A DNA stretch of 64,000 nt from Selaginella moellendorffii (Eukaryota > Plantae > Lycopodiophyta). This document shows, in pieces, positions 50,835 through 61,955 of the stretch. The notes beneath the pieces were generated by a model that saw only the letters and a list, made by a program, of their open reading frames with translations, did no database searches and was not told where the DNA came from. The first letter of the stretch is position 1. Every line of letters begins with the position of its first letter. The position numbers and the translations under genes were made by a program. The stretch lies in assembly GCF_000143415.4 (NCBI RefSeq), contig NW_003314272.1, positions 2,840,819 to 2,904,818 of the forward strand, given 5' to 3'.

Positions 50835-53800
50835 TTATCTAGCTGATGGTTTGTCTTGTATGACCTTCCTCCGCTGCTCTTTGGCCACCTCAGGCTGGCC
50901 ATCGTCGTCGTCGTTATTGTGATCGTCACCATTGTGAGGACCATCCAAGTCCTCTTCGTCCTCCTCTTCGTCCTTCTGCTCTTCCTGCTCATTATCTTTC
51001 TCTGGCTCCTCATCCCCCTCCTGCATTTCTTCCATAGGCTGCTCAAGCTGGATGGCTTGTTCTTCCAGGACCATCTTGGGAAAATCATCTGGCCGAGTCT
51101 CCATCTCAAAATACAAGACATCCATAGCCTGTTTTAGTGCGTGACCTAGGACCGTATCCTCACCCGACTGTCTTAACATGGTTTCTGCACGTTCTTGCAC
51201 CCTTCGAAGACGACGAGATGAGAAAAACGTGGCCCTGACTTGAAAAGCATCCCTCATCCATTGTACCTCTCCATTGAGATTGGGGAAGGGGAGTCCGCCA
51301 TAGGAATCTGAGTCAGGAGGTGGTGACTGGCTGCTTTTACTCAGCCCTTGATCTGCAATGAATGGCATGAGCACACACGCCATAACCGCGAGGCATTACC
51401 TATCATCTTTTCGTTGCCCTTCTTCCTTTTCGAATCAAACATCTCTAATCCCGACGACTGTCCAATGTGCTTTCGCTTTTTATGACCACTGTCAGTTTGA
51501 GCTTGGCTGGTGCTTGCCTGTTTTGCCTTTGAAGAAGTGTCTCCTGCAAGGAATGGCATGAGACCACACGCCATTGCAAATATAATTTGTACCTCCTTTT
51601 TTCCTATTGCTTGTCTGTTTGTCCGTCTTCGACGCGCCACCAGTGCGCTTTTCAGTCCTCGTGTCAGAATATTCACAACGATCTATAATCAAAATGGTGT
51701 GAGGCCTCACGTGACCTTACCTTGTGCAGGTTGTGAGCTCGGCCCAACGTGGGTATCTTCAACAGTAGCTGTTAACGCCGTTTCAGCATCTGGGGGTGGC
51801 CACGCTCCTGCATACAGAGCTTGTGAGATAACATTTAAACTTAAAGTGCGTACTCACCAGGTTCGTAGAGAAGATACTGTTTTTCTTTGGCAACTGTAAT
51901 TATATGCTCCATTGAAGTCACCTCTTCAATGGAGTTTGTCACCGCAACACACGGGACACCCTTGAGTAGTGCGGCTCGAAAGAATAGTCCGCCGCAGTTG
52001 TACTCGACAACGCATTTGCCCTTGGAGTCGGAAGCAGGAGACCCACTCGCTATTGCGTTGAAGACCCAGCTGAGCATTTCCCATGCTGCACCTGGAGCTT
52101 TCTTTGGATTCGAAAGCTCCATAGCCGTCTTCAGTTCCTCAGGCACGGGTAAATTGACCTCCCTCAGATCAATTCGATCGGCCTTGTCGAACGAAGCTGG
52201 GAAGTCACTCCAGTCCCACTCTGCTGTAGGACAAATAACAAGGGCGAGTGTGAAGATGCGGACATTCCTCTGTATCTTCTTCTTAGCCATTATCCCATGG
52301 ATCTCCCGCATCTGCTTGCTTTTCAACCGAGCCTTCACCTCGTTCAAGGCCTTCCAGAACTTGTGATAGGATTCGGAGTCGTAGATCATATAATGGACTG
52401 AAGATTCCACCTCCGCAAGTCCCACCATTAAGTCAATGATGGAGCTGACTTTGTCTGCATGAGTGATCTCCTCGTTTGTGAAGTCCATCACACAAAAGAT
52501 GTTCTTGACCTGCTCATCTTCGCGGGAAACGATGCTCCTCCACCTTTGATCCTCATCCGAATTCACGTATACCCGGTAAGGTTCTCGATAGGCCTCTGCT
52601 GCGGGGTCGAGCTGTTTCTGAAGCCGGCGGTCGACATCCCTCTTAATGAAATTTGGATACTGATCCAACTTCTCAGCTTTACTTTTCATGGCATCCCGCA
52701 GCAGATCGATGAACTTGGGGGCCCCCTTCACGTACTCGTCGATGTCTTTATTTGACAACTCCAGCGCTTCCATCATCTCTTGCATGGTGTCGATGATCAC
52801 CCTCTCCACGGCCACTTGCTCGAAGATCCAATCCTTCAATAGCGCACGAGCTCTCAGAGTCGTGCACAAGTCCTCGTATGTCACAATATGGCCGGGAGTC
52901 ATTTTGGTCTTGTTGAAGACTACCTCACCACGTAGAAGAGCATCAGCCACTGTCAGAAGGTCGTCGTCGTCTAGAGACCGCGAGAAACGCAAAGCATTGA
53001 GCTTCAAATCATTGGGCTTCCGGCCGTCCACCACACCCATTGAGTTTAGCAACTCCCCGTCATGGTACCTCCTCAGCACATCTACCCATTTGTCAAAAAC
53101 AACTTTTGTCGCGAGTAGAATGTTATGGATGCTGAGTGTGTCATTGACCCCTAGTGTTTTCGAGAGAAGACTCGAGAATTCCTACAATGGAAATGGCGTG
53201 AGGCCACATGCTATGCCACATGCAACGAGGCTTACCTGCCAAGCGCTAGTTGCTAGTGCACGTCCTTGTCCTGGTTTTTGTGGCTTCTTCAATTGAACCC
53301 AGAGTTTCCGTGTTCGTACCAATGTCTCGTGCAGACCCGATTTGTAGCACGTTTTCTTGCTTGACATTCTGTGCATGGGAGATGTATATGATAGATCGGA
53401 GGGGCGAGTTGCCTTTTATCAGGCGGAAAACTCTTGTCTTGAAGACTTTCTTCACCTCCTCGCCCACCATAATATCCACAACTATCTCTTGCATCGCCAA
53501 GCTAGAATGCTGCCCGAAGACGGCATAGAACCGGATGTTCTGATCGTCCAACACCTTCCTATTGATCAAGTCTGGAAACCTCGTCTCACCCTTCATTGTT
53601 CTGTAGTAGAGGATCACGTCTGCGATGTTGGGTGTTACTGGACTTGCCAGCATCTTTTACTTCAGTTTCTCCACCCACTCATCAGATACTAGCCTGTGGT
53701 TGTATTTGCTTTGGATGTCGATACGGCTCACGTCGATTGTAGATACTTTGTTGGAATAGTAACAAGTACTATTATCTGCGACGATTTTTGCTGCCTCTTC

Positions 53801-54657
53801 TTGCTCTTTCTGCTCTTTGCAGCTCTTCTTTTTGGTGGGTGTAGTGTACGAACCCGAGGCAATGGCATCACCGAGTAGCTTCTTTTTTGGAGCAGGAGAG
53901 TCGGACGTCGGCTTGAGCTTGACCACCCTTTTCTGCTTCGGGGTAGTTTCCAGATCGACCCCCTTCCCCTTTGCTTTGCGAACTGGAGTCACTCTCAACG
54001 GCTCAATGTTGGAATATAGTTTTTGAACATCGCCGTAGGTGAGGTCTGTGGATTCCATGTGATCTTCATAGACCCGCAGTGTCTTTGAAATTGTGGGCCT
54101 CCTGGACAACCTCTCCCTAGCTCCCTCTAGGAATTCCTCATAGCCGCTGCCCCCCTCCGGGAAGCCGCTAGGATGTGCAAGGTGGATCTTGAAGGCAGAC
54201 GCTGTCTCTACCACAAGTGCCAGTCCATATTCTTGCATGGAACTGCATGGAGTGTCTGTCACTTGGATGAGGATCCCCATGCATTCTTTTCTCCCACCAT
54301 CTGTGTTGTACAGCCTCAAATTCTCACCTTCCATCCCGAAAGTCCAACTGGTGAGCTCCTCCCCCTTCTCTGCATCAACATTGACAGTGGCTGGAAGAAG
54401 AATGCAATTCCTCGCCTATTCAGAAATGCACAACAATTAGAGCTGACAGATGAAAAATTAGCAGCTGGAAATAACGTGAGGCCACACGCCATTCACCACT
54501 GCATCAGATGTCTTGAGGCTGCATCCTAAGATGGCGTGAGGCTACACGCCATCTGTAACCGGACTGCACTCGAGAGCCCAATCGGTGCATGCCAATGTTG
54601 CTACTGAATGGCATGTGGCCTCATGCCATTTTCTACTTGGCCTAAAAGACTTACCAT
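50835..54657 (-). pseudogene. Cargo gene 1 (~1100 aa, 7 predicted exons): ParB/Srx-like domain, degenerate N6/N4 DNA methyltransferase-like fold, basic and acidic tail
   Basis: Predicted introns 54654-54416, 53235-53182, 51857-51808, 51720-51683, 51592-51544 and 51399-51353 (all GT-AG) join the ORFs in frame. One stop (53657-53659) and one frameshift (~53345). Motifs IDVSRIDIQ..YNHRLVSDEWVEKL, FYAVFGQHSSLAM and GKCVVEYNCGG..AALLKG. Confidence 0.65.
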
Positions 54658-54659
54658 TT

Positions 54660-57256
54660 GAAGCCGAATGGAGGCGTGACAATCAAGGCCGGACTCGCTG
54701 GCGAATGTGCACTGTGTGTGCAGCGGATCGTAGCAGCAAGGCTACTCTGCCACTTACAGTTGGAGAGTGGCGCTGAAATCTCCCGGGACACCAAGTGGGC
54801 TGCGTATGGGTGGCAGAGTGGGCGGCGGAGTTGGCGGCGAAGTTACAAACTGGGTGTGTCTTGAAGTGGACGCCGATGCACACGAGCGCGATGCGAGCGC
54901 GAGTGTGATGCAAGCACGAGTGGACGCTGATGCACACGAGAAACCTGTAGAGAAGGTAGATGAGCGCGAATGTGAGCGTGATCGCGAGTGGGAGCGCGAT
55001 GCGAGCGCGAGTGTGCGAGCGCGAGTACGAAGCAAAATGCAAAACCTAACCTCACATGCGCAAAATGTCACGACGGTCGGTAATCCTGCCACATCATCAT
55101 TCCTCGGACTTGGGCGCCACCATTAATTTCTGGATCGCCGCGCGCATGCATGCACGTGAAATCCAAAAGAAATCCGCGCGCGGCGATGCATGCACGTGAA
55201 ATCCAAAAGAAATCCGCAACGTCATCATTCTTCGGACTGCATGCACGCGAAATCGAAAAGAAAGATCATGATTGGGATATCATTTAATACCCTCGCTATA
55301 TTTATACCATGCATGATTGGATATTCCAAAGCATCTTGTATTTCCAAAAATGCTAGATGTTCAGCTAAATAAAGAATGGTATACAAAAAATCCCAAAAAA
55401 TGCACCAAAAAATGCTCGGTGTCATCTGGCGTTATCTCTTGAATGGCGTGGGGCCGCATGCCATTTCCAGGGGCACATAGGAGTATATTCCTAGAATATT
55501 TTGACACTCGCGAGATTTTTTTGAGTTTTCTGGAGATCCAACCATTAGATCGCAACTAGATTTTACAGAATGGTATACAATGTCTTTCTTGAATACCCTG
55601 CAAAGAAGCATCTCGATCGGACACCACATGAGACCACACGAGCTTTACAATTTTTCAGGGGCATTTGCCATAGATCTGACCGTTATTTTGCTCCAAGATT
55701 TTACAGTTTGGTGTGCATTGACCTTTCCATCGACACTGCAAAGTGACATCACAATCAGATGCAGGATCACAAGAAACTAACTTCACTAACTCTTGTTTCA
55801 CCAAGATCTACATAAGGAGTTATGAAATGAAAGGACCCTCTCTATTGAAATGTGTTTATGGTCCTAAGGGCATTGTGACATATCAAATGATTTTGCATCA
55901 AGTTCTGTATTTGCATGTTTATCAAGCTACTGAATTGCTAAACCCTAAACCCTAAACCCTAAACATGTGGCAAATGCTGCGTGAAGAAAGATGCCCTTTC
56001 TGGGCAAATGCTGTAAGAGGCAGATGCCGAGCAGATGTATCTTAGGCTAGTGAAGGGGACAAACGAAAGCTAGCTATAAACATGACGGGATGCAAATAGA
56101 TTACTAGGCTGGTCCTGTGAAAATCAAAAACCATAATTGAAAACATTGAAAATGCAAAAAGAAAGGTTTATAATATTTTTGAATTTTAAGCAACCAAAGG
56201 AATGTAAGTAGGGCATGTGTTTGTAAGTTTAAAAATGCCTCAACCACTTAAATTCCCAAGTAAATAAAGCTGTTTCTATTTTTGGTACAGGTAAACTTTA
56301 TAGCGTGTGGGCTCATGCAATTTTGAACCCAAAAATGCACCAAAAAATGCTCGACTAGCATTATTCTTTGAATGGCGTGTGGCTTTATATTGCCATAAAT
56401 GGACGTACACACACAGCATAATTATTCCTTTACACGGCGAATAATCTTGGCGCGGATCGCTGACATGGCATGGCAAAGTTCGAATCACTGACATAGCATA
56501 GCTGGATCGACGCAAGGACATGATGTGACAAAGTTCAACCTCCAACAGCAAAGTCTAGAAGTTATTCAGTTTGAAATTTGTCAGAGGAAATAAGATCTGG
56601 TTTGTCAGAGGATTTGATGTGACGTTCAAGCGTGTGTTATTTTTGAATTCTCAAACTCATTCCTAGGTCTATCATTTTTGTGCGCCGTGTTCTTGGTTCC
56701 GCTGAGCGCAGTGAGCGCTGCTTGTGTAAGCGGCGTTGTGAGCTGTGGTTTATGCGTTTACGAGCGGTTGCGGCATTGCGAGCGCCATTGTGAGCGGCAG
56801 TTTATGTGAGTGGCAGTTTGTGCGAGCGGCGCTACGAGTAGTTGCGGTGTTGCGAGCGGCGCTACGAGTAGTTGCGGTGTTGCGAGCGGCACTGTCTTTG
56901 GTGTGGCTACCGCTTCCTCTTGATATTTGGCACTTGTGCTTCCTGGTATGTTCACCATGGAATGGCTTAGGACCACATTTAGAAATGGCATAAGGCCACA
57001 TGCCATCTTGGGCCCTTGCAATTTCATGGCTAGTGTATTGTTATGTATGTTTTTACTTGCCTGCAGTTGTGTGTATATCAAGATGGCATGAGGCCTCATG
57101 CCAATTTTGTGAATGCGAAATTTCACGTGGGTGTCAATAGCATGTTTGAATAATGGCATGTGGCCTCATGCTATTGAGGTTGTTTGGTATGTTATGATTT
57201 AGGCCATTCTCCAATCATTTTTTGTATGGTCTTAACTTCTTTTCTGCACTTTCAGA
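54660..57256. promoter_or_regulatory. Divergent promoter region: two CpG-rich patches, G-box repeats, telo-box, and a probable 5'UTR intron (56946-57255)
   Basis: CpG-dense at ~54750-55250 and ~56690-56900; ATGCACG(T/C)GAAATC x3 at ~55150-55255; 30-bp tandem repeat at ~56820-56890; GTATGT...TTTCAG just before the transposase ATG. Confidence 0.55.
55938..55964 (+). repeat. Short interstitial plant telomeric repeat / telo-box (AAACCCT)3
   Basis: CTAAACCCTAAACCCTAAACCCTAAAC. Confidence 0.9.
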
Positions 57257-60200
57257 ATGGCCTTCAGGGTTGGGGAAAAGGTTTACATTTTGAATGGTGG
57301 GACGAGAGTTGCAAAAGGGACCCTTGTGTCTATGGATCTGAACTTTGTTATACACTGTCAAAGGCTTGGGGAAGGCAATGCTGTTGTATCAGTAGAGACT
57401 GTCTTCGATGGGAATGTGGTCGCTATTGAACGAGGAGAGATGGTCGTCAGGGTAAATGTTGTTGTTACCTTGAAAAATCTTCAGAAGAAAGCAGATGTTG
57501 GGGACAGCGCAAGTGCGACGCATGTTCCGTCCGTGGATCTTAAGAACCGTGCTACATGGATTCAGGCAAAGGTGTTTCTAAACAACCCCGAGGGGGAGGT
57601 CGTAGCTGAGGGCTTAGCCATAGTTGTCGATCCAAGAGATGCGGTTGCTAATCAAGAATTGGGCTGGGATGATATTGGAGTTGCGATTTTAGAGGTTGTT
57701 GACACAGAAGAAAACAGTCTGACTATTAGAAGCATTGTGCGGTGGAAATTGAGGCACTTAGTGTTTGAGAATGTGAAGGATTCACAATCAAACACCACTA
57801 CAACTGATGACAGAACATCTCTTCATGGGAAAAGAAAGTACACTTTCCTAAAGCGCAGCCAAAGGGATCTGAGCAACGAACCAAAAAGGCAGAAAATGGC
57901 GATGGAGGTTCGAATGGTCTCGACAGTTGCTTGTTGCAAGAGGAGGTGCTGTCAACATGCTGATTGAGATGCTATTAAAGAGGAGAGAGCAAGATACAAG
58001 ACATTGTCCTGGAAGGCAGCTCGCAATTTTGTATATGAGGCATTACGGTCATCTGTTGATGCTTCAGAACATCAGGTGGGGGGCATGGTCTTCCAGAGGG
58101 GTTTGGTCTGCATGAAGGCATGGAGAATCATTTATGGAGTCCCTCAAACCACATTCTACAGAATCAAAACTGAGTTCAAGGAACAAAGGGTTCAACAGGC
58201 AGTCCATGGGAACGATGGTACGCACAAAACCAGGGGTCATGTTGTATATGGAGAGGCAATCTTCAAGAGGTTTGTCGAGACATGTAGCGAGCAGCAACCA
58301 CATAAAACCCGCCTTTTGGAAGATGGAACACGAGACACCCAACGAGTTCTCCCTTCCATGTATACCAAGGGGGCCATATTGGAAGATGTGAATCGGGAAC
58401 TCCAGAGTAATGGCTACAGGAAGCTAAGCCAATCTAGATTTAGTAGATTGTGGAGCAACAGGTTCAGGGATGTGAGTATAGGAAAGTACTCCAGCTTTTC
58501 AAAGTGTGACGAGTGCACTGCTATCAAAATAGCTTTGTCAAAGAATTCTTGCAGCGCTCAAGAGTGAGAGACGTTGGTTAGAAGGCGGCTCGACCACAAC
58601 ATTGAGCAGAGAAGCTGCAGGACTGCATATTATCATAACAGGATTCTCTCCATGGAGAGACCTGACTCTTACCTCTGCATCATCCATGACAAAATGGACC
58701 AGAAAAAGACGTGCTTACCTCGACTCAATCCTGCCCCCAAGGCAATCTCTTCATCCATGCAGCTGCCTGTGTCTCTGTTTGGCATAATCGCTCATGGGCA
58801 TGGTGCCTAGAACTATGGGAACTTCTTTGTACCTCTATGGGGTGGCGGGGGTGCAAACATGATGATTGCGTCCCTAGCAAAACACTTAAGGTCTCTGCAA
58901 AGTGCGCAGACTGAGCTGAACGGCCAACCCTTGCATAAGGCCCTTGTCGATCAAACCCCATACAGGGTTCAGCTAGAGGAGGAGCAAAGGCTTGCAGTAT
59001 CGCGTGGGGCCCCATGCCATCCCAGTGAATATGTTGGCCGTCAGATTGTAGGGTTATCATGTGAGGCCTCATGCCATTCCGACGAGGCTGGTCGCCCGGT
59101 GAATGCACAGCCTCATCCAAACAAAGCAGAATCTCAAGGAAGTTCTTGCGGCCGATGTGGCCTTCCACCCCATCTTCTGCTCCAAACAGACAATGCTGGC
59201 AGTGAGAACAAAAACATGTACGTCTTCGCGTACTTGGCGATGCTTGTTGCCAAAGGCATATTTGAAACGGTTACACTTGGCTTTCTCATGGTTGGGCACA
59301 CTCATGAAGACGTCGATGCCATGTTCAGTCACCTGGCAGAGTCCTTCCAGCGATCCAATGTCCTCACCCTCCCACAACTCTACGATGAATTCCAAAATTG
59401 CATCAAAGGCACTGTTGAAGCTGCACTTGTGACAGAGGTTCCAGACTTTAAGGGGTTTGTAAGAGGCTATATCAGGGACGGATCCGAAATGCTGATTGGC
59501 CACTCCAAGCCTCTTCAGTTTCATTTCAGCATGCGTGACGGTGCTCCAGTGATGAGGTACAAGATGAGAGAATGGGACACAGTGTGGCTGCCAGTGGACG
59601 GCATTGAACTCTTCAAGAGAGATCCCATAACTGGGGAACCTATGATTCCTCAGGGTTCCCCACGGCCGATGCACCCAAATGGACTCAAAGACCAGGAAAG
59701 TATAGTGGCCGGGATTAGACAGCATATTGCCTTCTGGAAGAGGGGGTTGGTGTTTGGTGGAGAATCCTATTTTAAGAGGTGCAAGCCTTTGCTCGAATAC
59801 TGGGAGAAGATTATATCTACTATCCAAAATGGGCTGGTTGTATATGAAGAATTGGAAGAGTCCTTTTGGCTAGAACCTAGAGCACCAGATAGTAGCGGAA
59901 CAATGTCCTCTGGAAATGCAGTGACAGATAACGATGTTGAGGATCACTATTGTGGGCCGAGGAACAAGAAGCTGGATTCAGCATTCAATCCAGTATAGGT
60001 CTGCAAAGGAATGGTCGTGCTTGTCAAACCCAGTAATAAAAAACAAATGATATGGGTGGGGCGCTGCATCACTGATGCAGAGGAGGACGCGGAAACTAAC
60101 TCCTTCAATGTAACTGTGGAGTGGTTCAAGCCAAGTTCCGGATATACGAAGGATTGCCTAGAAAAGAGATGGGTGCTGAATCCAAGGGATCCCAGCATGA

Positions 60201-60325
60201 GCATATCAGTGGATAATGTTGTGCATGGTTGGATGCGGAAGCAGAGTGCCACCATCACCTTGCCAGACCATGCAAGAGATGTAGCAAGAGCATTCATAAC
60301 CCGGGTTCAAGGTGAGATTCATTAA
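57257..60325 (+). pseudogene. Sola-type (DUF7869-like) DDD transposase, 1022 codons in one frame with 4 premature stops
   Basis: ORFs starting 57257, 58004, 58574, 58859 and 60011 share one frame. Motifs FSKCDEC, IIHDKMDQKK, LLQTDNAGSENKN and FLMVGHTHEDVDAMFS. Confidence 0.85.
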
Positions 60326-61037
60326 TATTCCTTTACTAAGTTTCTAATGTATTTTATTTCAAGGTGAACAATCCGAATCTGAATCAGAGGAGGCGTGATG
60401 GCATGTGGCCTTACACCATTCCTAGGTGAGATGATACAAATAACAAGTATAAATTCTTAGTTGTTCTAGCAAATCTTACTTAAAGTTCAAGGTGAACAAG
60501 CCGAATATGAATTCATCGGATTGTTAAACAAATTGCGAGGTGATGGCATGAGGCGATATGCCATTTGAGAGTGGTAGCCATTCCTATATGAGGTGAGTGA
60601 AATATTTATTAGAAATACCTCATTCAATTGTGCACTTCTAAGTCTTGGTCCACTCAGTATTGTTTGCATGTTTTTATTTTAATTCTTTCTCTAAAATGTT
60701 ATTTAGCATGTGGCTTCATGCCATTGCTCTCCACAATCATGCATTGAATTTTTCTATACTTGCATAATACTTCTCCATATATATAGCATGTGCACACATG
60801 TGATATGGTTCATTAGGCCTGATATAGTGTGTGAGGTAAAACAAAGATGATGTGACATATGCATTTACCAATCACACGTGCATAAATCTAATAATATGGC
60901 GTGTGGCCCATATTAATGGCACATAAACCCATATTGTGGGCTTACGTGCTTTATGTACCATCATTCCCTTGCAGCGTGTGTGTTGGTTTCCTTTTATAAC
61001 ACAACGAACTCCATATTTTAGGGTGAAGAGCGTTCTC

Positions 61038-61295
61038 ATGGCAAGCACAAAATCTGTAAGTGAGGCAGAAAAGGAGACGGAGAAGGAGATAGGTGAAGAT
61101 GTAGAATATATAAGTCTTCCAAACTCCCCGTACTATACTCCAGGTGATCATTTTTCTGAAAAAACAGCAACATTAACAACTATCGAGAACACCCTAGTAA
61201 CGTCAACGACAACAATCCAAAGCAAAACAACTGACCCGGAGAAGGATGATAGTACCGCTGAGAGTACCAAAAAGGAGGTGTCCACTAGCGTTTAG
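61038..61295 (+). CDS. Small acidic/Thr-rich ORF or exon of unknown function inside the transposon
   Basis: 85 codons from ATG 61038 with coding-like composition, preceded by a TTTTAG acceptor-like site. Confidence 0.3.
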   Translation: MASTKSVSEAEKETEKEIGEDVEYISLPNSPYYTPGDHFSEKTATLTTIENTLVTSTTTIQSKTTDPEKDDSTAESTKKEVSTSV

Positions 61296-61931
61296 GTTTA
61301 TAATGGCGTGTGCCCTCATGCCATTTACTTGATCACCAAATACCTTTTTCCCTTTGCACTAGTATATCTTAATACCGGTCTGAGAAATAGAATGGCATGT
61401 GCCCTCAAGCCTTTTACTAAATCACCTTTGAAAGAAATGCAAGCCTCTATGTCGTAAAAAAAAGGTACTAGAGAAATTCCTTAATAATATGAATGTTATT
61501 TAGTTTCATGAAAATACACTAAGGGTCAAATGAGTTAAATGACTTCTCCAGACTAGCAATGCCTCTTGCTACACCTTCACAATTAGATTCGTTAGAAAAA
61601 GATAACATTGAATATTATCTAAATGTTCTCACCATTAAGTTATATGTCTGGCTAATAGGAATGACGTTCATCTTGGAAAGCTCACCACACGCTCAATGAA
61701 CAAACAAATAGTGTGTGCGCGCATGCCATCGCTCTTCTTTAGCTTCAGATTCGGCTTGTTCACCTTGACAATGAGATTTATTATACAACCAGATGGACTC
61801 AGTCTGGACACAAAGTCACCACGCTAGTCACCATGCCCCAGATATGTCTAGCCCCTGGACAAAAAACATATAATTTCACGTCATTTTCAAATACTTGAAA
61901 ATTTGTACCTAGTCCCATTTTACTGAATAAA

Positions 61932-61955
61932 TCCTACTTTAACGAAATAGAGCTT
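61932..61955 (-). repeat. Right TIR
   Basis: TCCTACTTTAACGAAATAGAGCTT is the reverse complement of the left TIR with 1 mismatch in 24 bp. Confidence 0.95.

Larger units (their letters stand above)
48634..61955. mobile_element. 13.3-kb TIR DNA transposon, Sola-like, carrying cargo genes
   Basis: TIR AAGCTCTATTTCGTTAAAGT (20/20 match, extending imperfectly to ~27 bp) at 48634 and 61955. 4-bp TSD TTAC at 48630-48633 and 61956-61959; the empty site CCCTTAC-GGGG is seen in A1 and A2. Sola-type transposase inside. Confidence 0.9.

Noticed and set aside
54683-55126. ORFs on both strands in the CG-rich patch
   Set aside because: Low-complexity GCGA/GTGT repeats upstream of the predicted ATG at 54657; more likely promoter or 5'UTR.
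55938-55964. Chromosome end or healed telomere
   Set aside because: Only about three units, inside an element with both TIRs intact.
48728-61729. CRISPR array interpretation of the palindromic repeats
   Set aside because: Spacing is irregular (60 bp to >1.5 kb), there are no uniform spacers or cas genes, and the context is eukaryotic.
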